Shown here: piece after piece, positions 32,116 to 39,269 of the stretch
How positions within the stretch are numbered: the stretch's first letter is position 1
Layout of the letters: every line of letters begins with the position of its first letter
Virus record (IMG/VR): IMGVR_UViG_3300003886_000001
Location: 55,666 to 119,665 of that record
Reading direction: 5' to 3' (one strand)
DNA: 64,000 nucleotides
Source of the DNA: a virus
The notes under the pieces: model-generated
Databases searched by the model: none
What the model was told of the DNA's origin: nothing
The model's input: only the letters and a program-made list of their open reading frames with translations
Position numbers and translations under genes: made by a program

Positions 32116-32893
32116 GATATATGCGTGGATTGCAGGAGTTACAAGTCAAGAAATTCCTAAATTATTAAGTATTTTTGGAGGGAAGGTAGGTGGTGTCTTA
32201 TACTCTTATAATTATGATTTGCTTTTAACCCCGGGAAATTGGATTGCATTTGTAGGTAATTTAAATGATGCAAAAAAACTAGTGAAGACCGGTGGGAGGG
32301 TCGTTACTGCTCTAATTGAAGATGAGGTAAATATAACCGGGCTGTCCGGCCCCGCTAGAACACCAGAAAGCTATGCTACTGGGTATAATCTAATTTATGA
32401 CCTATTACACCAGAATGGGATAGCAGTTAGCACAGGAGGTTTGGCTGGGCAGCCCGGCTGGGCCTCATACATGACGTTTAATACTAAGTTTGATGCAAAA
32501 TACTTTTCAAAGATGATGCCTCTACTACATGGGGCTGACTATAACGCGTTTAATCCGGGCCAAAACAGACTACAAGAAATAGAGAGAATCTTAGGAACCT
32601 ATACCGATAGAAAATGGCTATTTAGCCCGCACCCTCTAAATCCTCAGTGGTGGCCATTAAAATGGAACAATATACCTGCATACATTTTAGAAAATTACAT
32701 CTATCATGAAAACATGGACTTCTGGATAAAGAAGAGCAAAGACCCCAGATTATTAGGAATAGCAATCTGGAGCCTTAGATACAATTGGATGAATATTGAT
32801 GGTAAACGAGTTTTACAGCGTTACTGTAATCTTTTAACTGAAAAAAATGAATTAACAGTTGTTGGACGACAACTACAGCGAGGTCTAAAATGA
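32108..32893 (+). CDS. Hypothetical protein, possibly glycoside-hydrolase-like barrel
   Basis: Aromatic-rich; GIAVSTGG, LLGIAIWSL; fold is a guess. Confidence 0.55.
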   Translation: MTKIYAWIAGVTSQEIPKLLSIFGGKVGGVLYSYNYDLLLTPGNWIAFVGNLNDAKKLVKTGGRVVTALIEDEVNITGLSGPARTPESYATGYNLIYDLLHQNGIAVSTGGLAGQPGWASYMTFNTKFDAKYFSKMMPLLHGADYNAFNPGQNRLQEIERILGTYTDRKWLFSPHPLNPQWWPLKWNNIPAYILENYIYHENMDFWIKKSKDPRLLGIAIWSLRYNWMNIDGKRVLQRYCNLLTEKNELTVVGRQLQRGLK

Positions 32894-33717
32894 TTGTTCC
32901 CGATTTTATTTATAAAAAGGCCGAATGGGAGGATTTACCAACCCAAGCCAACTCCAATTACCCTAAGATTGTCATCGAAGACACCGGGGCAAGAGTAGTA
33001 AATTCGGGGTCAGTCACATTAACTACTGGGGACAAGTTCTTTTTGCAGCCACCAGACAGTAATTTTGGAACTGTATACAACTATTTGACCTATTCTAATA
33101 AGGATGGTGCATATGTGATTCGATATGTAAATAGTGGAGAGCCATGGTCATCTCCAACTAGCTCAAATGGCCAACAACTATCGTTTACCTACGGTACATC
33201 AATGCCTTTTACCGGGGTTACTCAACTCGATTACTTGGCAAACGTTGTAAGTGATTTCTGGTTTAGTGCAGGTAGTACGGTAGTAACTACGGACGGAACT
33301 CATATCTTTATCTTTTCCAATCTCAACAATTCCTCTCCAGTATATGCTCTAAATTTAGATGGTACTATTGCTTGGAAAAGAACATTACCTACCTCAGTTA
33401 TCTCTGTCTTTTCTATTAAGGACGGGGTCTTTTATATTGATACCTCAGTCACCAATACCCCTAATTCTGGGGACATGGCTATGAATCTAGTTAAACTAAA
33501 TACCACGGATGGTACTGACCATTATACTATGAATGTAACTACCCTACCCTCTGGAACTACAATAGACGAGAATACAAGGTCGATGTTTTACTATTTTGCA
33601 GATGGAACTATTATTTTGTACGCAAATACTATCGGCCACTTTGCCGTCGATGTAGTAAACAAACTAGTAACTAATTTAACCTCATCATCTACTTCGGATT
33701 TACTTGCTATAGTATAG
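32890..33717 (+). CDS. Beta-rich protein with PQQ-like propeller blades
   Basis: VYALNLDGTIAWKR, LVKLNTTDG. Confidence 0.6.
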   Translation: MIVPDFIYKKAEWEDLPTQANSNYPKIVIEDTGARVVNSGSVTLTTGDKFFLQPPDSNFGTVYNYLTYSNKDGAYVIRYVNSGEPWSSPTSSNGQQLSFTYGTSMPFTGVTQLDYLANVVSDFWFSAGSTVVTTDGTHIFIFSNLNNSSPVYALNLDGTIAWKRTLPTSVISVFSIKDGVFYIDTSVTNTPNSGDMAMNLVKLNTTDGTDHYTMNVTTLPSGTTIDENTRSMFYYFADGTIILYANTIGHFAVDVVNKLVTNLTSSSTSDLLAIV

Positions 33718-33727
33718 GAGTAAAGAT

Positions 33728-34480
33728 ATGGCACAAACATTTGGGATACAAATACTAACTCTTGCACCAAATTTAGTTAATATACAACATAATAAGACTA
33801 CTACCTATCTCTTAGGAGCTTGCGGAGCTGCTTCCTCAAGCTCTGGCGTAGCTCAGGGGGACCCCATGATAGAGTCTATTTCAACTAATGCCCCGTATAC
33901 CCGTAATTGGTTTAAGTCGATGCTGTCGTACAACTTTTACACACTACACAATGCTGCATATGATGGTACAAATCTATATTATGTCTATACTAACTCATCA
34001 ACCTATGCAACCATGTTCCACGCAATTGACGGGGCTACAGGTAATGATGTTTACGCCCCAGTACAGCTGTCTACTGGGGATGTAATGGGGGCGTTCTCTA
34101 CAAAGAGTGGTGTTTTTATTGTATACGATGATAGTGCGTCTACTCCCTCATTTAAATCTATTTCATTACTTACTGGGGCTATAACTACAGGTCTTTCTAT
34201 CCCTTCAGCTAATTCTAACGCTTGGTGGTGGTATGGAAATCCTATATTTACTGGAAATGATACTTTTGTACAATTATACTATGACACTACGAGTATTAGG
34301 TGCGCGATTTTAGATAAAACAGCGTCTGGAGTTACTATTCCAATTAAAGTAAATGGGACGCTCGTCCCTCCTCCTACACAACACCCTACTTTTGGGTATG
34401 CGGTATCTCCGGTAGGGACAAAATCTTTGTATGCTGTTAATACAGAGGCTTCTGAAGTAGCTAAGTTTACTATTCCGTAA
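33728..34480 (+). CDS. Beta-rich protein with PQQ-like propeller blades
   Basis: AYDGTNLYYV, FHAIDGATG, SISLLTG. Confidence 0.6.
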   Translation: MAQTFGIQILTLAPNLVNIQHNKTTTYLLGACGAASSSSGVAQGDPMIESISTNAPYTRNWFKSMLSYNFYTLHNAAYDGTNLYYVYTNSSTYATMFHAIDGATGNDVYAPVQLSTGDVMGAFSTKSGVFIVYDDSASTPSFKSISLLTGAITTGLSIPSANSNAWWWYGNPIFTGNDTFVQLYYDTTSIRCAILDKTASGVTIPIKVNGTLVPPPTQHPTFGYAVSPVGTKSLYAVNTEASEVAKFTIP

Positions 34481-34778
34481 GTTCTGATTCCTTTTCCCAT
34501 CCTGCTAGGATGTCCTCTAAAACCCATACCTCATAACCTCCATTAATAGTTACGAGATATTCATGGTCTATGACATCCCATTTAGTACCTTGTATAGGTA
34601 GTTGTCTAGTCTCTTTTACCCCATTAATACGGCAGCGATGAAAGCTGTACGCGCATACAGGAACAAGCCAACGAGTATTTCGAAATACTGCATACCCAGT
34701 ATTCTGAACACCTGTATTAACGTCTACCTCATGTACACCTATTTTAACGTTTACCATTTCTCCAAGTTTATATCTCAT
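34470..34778 (-). CDS. Hypothetical protein (leaderless)
   Basis: Promoter 34784-34807. Confidence 0.65.
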   Translation of the reverse strand: MRYKLGEMVNVKIGVHEVDVNTGVQNTGYAVFRNTRWLVPVCAYSFHRCRINGVKETRQLPIQGTKWDVIDHEYLVTINGGYEVWVLEDILAGWEKESELTE

Positions 34779-34783
34779 AAGCT

Positions 34784-34807
34784 AACGTACACCCAGAGAG
34801 AATGAGA
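34784..34807 (-). promoter_or_regulatory. TCTCAT-N12-TACGTT leaderless promoter
   Basis: TCTCAT 34802-07, -10 at 34784-89, ATG 34778. Confidence 0.7.
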
Positions 34808-34808
34808 G

Positions 34809-35189
34809 TTATGAGACAAACGTTTTTAGGGTGTTTATTACATTTTGCAATTCCTCGTTATTATCGAGGTCTATCTTAAATACAGACGAAGTGCTCTCGG
34901 TTAAGTACCCAGCCCATATCTTACCTTCATTTTCCATCTCAAAAAGAGCGGGTTCCTCTTTGTCATTATAATACATAAATCCTACGCCACCACCCAGACC
35001 GCCGGCTGGGAAGATTCTTTGCGGGGGAAAGTCATTCTCGTATAAAATCCCTAAAAGTTTAATTGCATTATCAATGGCTGTATCATTAGGCAAGGTTGAT
35101 AGATTCCTAATCATATACCTCAACTGTAGCTGAGAGGCGGGGACTGCCTTTCGTAAAGATTGTATAAACCTAATATCTGAATCAATCAT
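34809..35189 (-). CDS. Hypothetical protein
   Basis: 126 aa; ATGA overlap. Confidence 0.65.
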   Translation of the reverse strand: MIDSDIRFIQSLRKAVPASQLQLRYMIRNLSTLPNDTAIDNAIKLLGILYENDFPPQRIFPAGGLGGGVGFMYYNDKEEPALFEMENEGKIWAGYLTESTSSVFKIDLDNNEELQNVINTLKTFVS

Positions 35190-35526
35190 GGCTCTCCTCT
35201 TCTAATTTTAGGATTTGTTCATGAAGAGATACATTTTTCAGTTGTTCCCCATTAAGCTCTTCTTGGAGGCTATTATTTTCATGTTTCAAGTTCTCAATTT
35301 TGAGCATCAATTCATATTTTAAATCTCGTAGGTCTATATTTTGTTGGCGCATTTCGCTCAAAGCCCTATCCCTAGCTCCTAATTGTCGTTCAAGGGTATC
35401 TTGGTCTTGCATATCTAGCTTAGCTAATCGGTCTTTTCGGGCCACAACAAGTGCTATTATCGCACCTATGACTGCACTAAGAACTGCTCCAATAGCATAA
35501 TACATAGGATTAACAAACTCGTGCAT
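35182..35526 (-). CDS. Single-TM coiled-coil protein
   Basis: YYAIGAVLSAVIGAIIALVV followed by heptad repeats. Confidence 0.7.
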   Translation of the reverse strand: MHEFVNPMYYAIGAVLSAVIGAIIALVVARKDRLAKLDMQDQDTLERQLGARDRALSEMRQQNIDLRDLKYELMLKIENLKHENNSLQEELNGEQLKNVSLHEQILKLEEESHD

Positions 35527-35531
35527 GTCTT

Positions 35532-35717
35532 TTATACCCTTTGGAATGTATAGAATTCTTTAGTGTTGGCTGTCATCTCCCAGCCGTGCAACTTAAAGTC
35601 CTCGATTACATTGGCTATGGAGTTGTAGACATGGTTATAATCAAATTGAACCCTAGGTAGGATAGGCTCTACTAAGACTCCAAACCTACTATAATAGATT
35701 CGTAGGTTAATATCCAA
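35532..35717 (-). CDS. Hypothetical protein
   Basis: 61 aa in operon. Confidence 0.6.
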   Translation of the reverse strand: MDINLRIYYSRFGVLVEPILPRVQFDYNHVYNSIANVIEDFKLHGWEMTANTKEFYTFQRV

Positions 35718-35952
35718 GGTATTCTTCCTTAAATAGAATTGTCATAGTTCCCCCGGCAGCATCACTCAGGTAAATTTCTGGGTAGGTGCCGCCCGTTCGC
35801 TTTAATTTGAAGTGTGAGCATACATCCTCTATAATCCTGTCTGTATTAAAATCATATAGTCCATAAGACGCTTGTATAGAAAGAAACTCTTGAACTTGGG
35901 AGGCTATAAGAGGCTCAACCTTGTCCGTTTCGGTGACAATAAGTTTTTTCAT
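35707..35952 (-). CDS. Hypothetical protein
   Basis: 81 aa, coupled. Confidence 0.6.
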   Translation of the reverse strand: MKKLIVTETDKVEPLIASQVQEFLSIQASYGLYDFNTDRIIEDVCSHFKLKRTGGTYPEIYLSDAAGGTMTILFKEEYLGY

Positions 35953-36182
35953 TAATCCGTAACCTTTCGTGTGGATAAATCCGAAGAAAACGGTGCTAAG
36001 TATTTTATCATGGTAATTTCATCAAGTCCTAGGTTCCAATCAAACCCAACATATCTATCTCCTGTGTCGTTAACGTATATATGACACGCCTCGGAGATGC
36101 AATTTTCAGGACTCATCGCTCCCTCAGTAAAGGGGTTTTCATCCCATTCATCTTTAGTGGTGGGAAAACCATAAATAAACAT
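35952..36182 (-). CDS. Hypothetical protein
   Basis: 76 aa; AAAGG RBS. Confidence 0.6.
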   Translation of the reverse strand: MFIYGFPTTKDEWDENPFTEGAMSPENCISEACHIYVNDTGDRYVGFDWNLGLDEITMIKYLAPFSSDLSTRKVTD

Positions 36183-36203
36183 TAGCTCAACCTTTCATTA
36201 CTT

Positions 36204-36265
36204 AGTCTACTACATCTAGGTTACAAGTGCAAGTCTTGACAGCAGGGTACCAATGGGTATAGACT
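36204..36265. promoter_or_regulatory. Divergent sigma70 promoters
   Basis: Minus: TTGCAC 36227-32 / TAGACT 36204-09. Plus: TTGACA 36236-41 / TAGACT 36260-65 / ATG 36272. Confidence 0.75.
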
Positions 36266-36271
36266 ACAGTA

Positions 36272-36721
36272 ATGAACTTACTAGCGCTTGGTACTAATAA
36301 GCTGGACCATTCAGAGGACGTTTTACGGACTAAGATTCGTCAATCGTTGCAGTTTTTGGGGCCGCATCAAGTGATTAGTGATTATTCCTATGGATGGAAT
36401 TTATTAGTAGCCGAGGTTGCCCAAGAGTTCGGTATATCAGTAATAGGGGCTATTCCTTATGCTGAAGTTCCGGCAATTCTACCTCCAATCTATATACAAC
36501 GTAGGCAGATGGCGGAGAGAAAGGCACGAGCAAACACTATCTTTAATCAGACTGCCAGTAAATTTGTCATGAATGTACAAACTTATGTTGATTGGATAAC
36601 AGAGTTTAGCAACGAGGTAATAGCTTATTTTCCACCCGAAGCCTCATCCTTCTCATACTCACTTATGGTAATCTTAGAAAAGAAGGATAAGCACACATTC
36701 AACTTATATGGAGGACTATGA
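36272..36721 (+). CDS. YspA/SLOG-like protein (divergent)
   Basis: VISDYSYGWNLLVAEVAQEFGISVIGAIPY. Confidence 0.6.
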   Translation: MNLLALGTNKLDHSEDVLRTKIRQSLQFLGPHQVISDYSYGWNLLVAEVAQEFGISVIGAIPYAEVPAILPPIYIQRRQMAERKARANTIFNQTASKFVMNVQTYVDWITEFSNEVIAYFPPEASSFSYSLMVILEKKDKHTFNLYGGL

Positions 36722-37059
36722 ACGAAGAAGGCTATCAAATTGAGGACCTTATTAAAGCACTACGAGAACTTACCCCTGACGCGTACCCAGAAGAGGAAAT
36801 GATGAACATTCAATTTGGGTCATGGTCTATTGTATTTGTAGGGAAAGAAAATAGGAAGGTGCTACCTCAGCTATTTCATCATCGTATGGACTTATTTGCT
36901 GCGGTATTAACGGCTGGGAGTTGGGCAGAAATGTTTCGTCGTATGGGTAGTCTACAAGAGTGGCTAAACCTCAGAGGTTACAGTGTGGTTATCTCCGGTG
37001 AAACCTTTTTGTCTAGACTAGTTGTTAAAAGTATGTCATTAGTTGGGATGTTACCGTGA
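36718..37059 (+). CDS. Hypothetical protein
   Basis: Coupled to both neighbours. Confidence 0.65.
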   Translation: MNEEGYQIEDLIKALRELTPDAYPEEEMMNIQFGSWSIVFVGKENRKVLPQLFHHRMDLFAAVLTAGSWAEMFRRMGSLQEWLNLRGYSVVISGETFLSRLVVKSMSLVGMLP

Positions 37060-39164
37060 TTGAGGATGAAAAATTAGTGGCATTAGATATTGAAACGTCT
37101 GACGGACATGGCATGGGTACTCTTGAACCACGTAATCCTGACTCGGTCATTGCTCTTGTACAGTTAGCATATGAAGACGGGACGATAGAAGTACGTGACT
37201 GGAATAAAGAAACACATGATGTTATACAAACCCTAATTGATGAAGATTACCGATTTCTAATTCATCAAGCCGCATTTGAACTTGATTGGTTTAGAGTAAA
37301 AACAGACCTGCGGTTCAAAAAGGTCTGGTGTACCATGATAGCATCACAAGTTTTGAACGCTGGAAAACGGATGCCTGATGAGGCTACACGGGAATCGGGC
37401 AAAATAGTAGCCAAGAGCGAGCTATGGAAACCGCTACTAGAGGGTAAAACTGAAAATATAACATTGCAGCCCACTAAGAGCAGGCGTTTTAGTCATGCAC
37501 TGCAACCTACAGTACACAGATATGCTAATGGCGCTATCATAAAAAAAGACCAAGCTGTGTCCGATTGGCTGCACCGGCCGCTATCTGATGAGCAACTAAG
37601 ATACGCCGAAGATGACGTACGTTATATGATAGAGGTAGCTAGAAATCAATGGAAATATATACAAAAGTTTAACCTTGAAGATGTTATTGACTTAGAGATG
37701 AAGGTTGTTTTTGCTGTTGTAGATATAAAACATAGGGGGGTACAGTTAGATAAGAGAGAATGGAGTAAACTATCCAAAGAATACGGAATTAAATCAAAGC
37801 AATTAGAGAAAGAATTAAACAAAAGATTTGGAGATGAATTAGCAGAAAGAGAAGGTATAAAATCCCTATTCGGGACATACATTACCAAATCATTTAAGGT
37901 TAGTTCCCCAAAACAACTAGCGGATTTCTTTGGTGTTGAGAAAGCAACGGAACAGGTTTTGCGGGCTATTAACCACCCGTTAATTAAGAAACTATTAAGT
38001 TACAAAGAGGCGTCTAAACTTTCCTCAACCTATGGTAAAGGATATATTGATTTAATATGGCCTGATGGGAGAATTCATTCATTACTAATTCAGGCTGAAA
38101 CTACGACAGGAAGATTTAGCTCGCGCAAACCTAATCTTCAAAATATCCCGCCATGGATGCTAAAGAGCCTGTTAACTACTGATACGAATAAACTTATGAT
38201 TTTGGCTGACTACTCTTCAGTAGAATCACGTATTTTAGCATATGCCTCCAAAGATACAAACTTTATTGATTCAGTTAATTCTCAAGATGTTCACTGGGAA
38301 AACGCTAAGAAAGTGTTTAATTTACCAGATAATGCTAAAAAGACTGGGGTGTTCAGTGCCCTCGGAAAACTACTAGATGGTTTAGAATTGAGGAGAATAG
38401 CAAAAGGTGTATCATTTGGGATACCTTATGGAATTTCTGCGATAGGTCTTGTCAGTAGAGGGTTCGCAGAGGACGCAGACCAAGGACAAGACTTAATTAA
38501 CAGCTTTTTAGCACAATATCCTAGAGTTAATACTTTTCTAAAGCAAGCTGTTTTTGAGGCCTTCACCAGAGGATATACACAGGATATCTTTGGTCGTATT
38601 CGTTGGTATGAACTCCCGTCTAAACTTAATGAGGCGGAGTATCGTCGTATAAGGTCTGGTATTGCTAGGCAAGCTCAAAACCATAAGATTCAATCCATGT
38701 CTGCCAATATTACAAAGCAGGCCCTGGTGGACCTCTTAAGTTATTTTAACTCTACTGATTACGGTTATATAGTCCTGACGGTACACGACTCCATTATTTG
38801 TGAAGTATATAAAGAGTATGCTAATGAAGCTATTCCTAAGATAAAGGAAATTATGGAGTTGGCCGCTAAAAAGGTTTTCCCTGAAATAACAGCCCCTGTA
38901 GACCTTGATGTGGGGCAGAAAGAAAAGAGAGTATGTAGAGTAACTGGATTACCCTTTACCACCTACAGTCATAAATATGACTTTAAATCAATGAAACTGA
39001 AAGAGAATAACAGGATATTGGAACCACGGGTTGAAGCAATTCTACTCAAGAATAACATAGATACCACAGATTTTACCAGGTGCTCCTTGTTCTTAAAAAG
39101 CTATGTTAGTGACCAATCCGAGGATTGGAGGAAAGAACATCACGATATCGTAGAAGCAGTGTAA
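37056..39164 (+). CDS. polA: Family A DNA polymerase with 3'-5' exonuclease domain
   Basis: VALDIETS (ExoI), YAEDD (ExoIII), TTGRFSSRKPNLQNIP, ADYSSVESRILA, RRIAKGVSFGIPYG, TVHDSI. Confidence 0.97.
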   Translation: MIEDEKLVALDIETSDGHGMGTLEPRNPDSVIALVQLAYEDGTIEVRDWNKETHDVIQTLIDEDYRFLIHQAAFELDWFRVKTDLRFKKVWCTMIASQVLNAGKRMPDEATRESGKIVAKSELWKPLLEGKTENITLQPTKSRRFSHALQPTVHRYANGAIIKKDQAVSDWLHRPLSDEQLRYAEDDVRYMIEVARNQWKYIQKFNLEDVIDLEMKVVFAVVDIKHRGVQLDKREWSKLSKEYGIKSKQLEKELNKRFGDELAEREGIKSLFGTYITKSFKVSSPKQLADFFGVEKATEQVLRAINHPLIKKLLSYKEASKLSSTYGKGYIDLIWPDGRIHSLLIQAETTTGRFSSRKPNLQNIPPWMLKSLLTTDTNKLMILADYSSVESRILAYASKDTNFIDSVNSQDVHWENAKKVFNLPDNAKKTGVFSALGKLLDGLELRRIAKGVSFGIPYGISAIGLVSRGFAEDADQGQDLINSFLAQYPRVNTFLKQAVFEAFTRGYTQDIFGRIRWYELPSKLNEAEYRRIRSGIARQAQNHKIQSMSANITKQALVDLLSYFNSTDYGYIVLTVHDSIICEVYKEYANEAIPKIKEIMELAAKKVFPEITAPVDLDVGQKEKRVCRVTGLPFTTYSHKYDFKSMKLKENNRILEPRVEAILLKNNIDTTDFTRCSLFLKSYVSDQSEDWRKEHHDIVEAV

Positions 39165-39192
39165 CCAACCTTTGATATGAATAATAGCTTTT

Positions 39193-39215
39193 ACGCCCTT
39201 ATTGGGCGTTTTTTT
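39193..39215 (+). terminator. Intrinsic terminator after polA
   Basis: ACGCCC-TTATT-GGGCGT followed by a T-run. Confidence 0.85.
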
Positions 39216-39269
39216 ATTATTACTTGTTCTATGCACGCTGCTATGTTATACTATTTGAAGGAGATATAC

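Noticed and set aside
35182-35526. Holin or spanin call
   Set aside because: A single TM plus coiled coil with no endolysin adjacent is insufficient support.
39177-39269. Upstream start of the portal ORF
   Set aside because: The region contains the polA terminator and a promoter; the RBS supports 39270.
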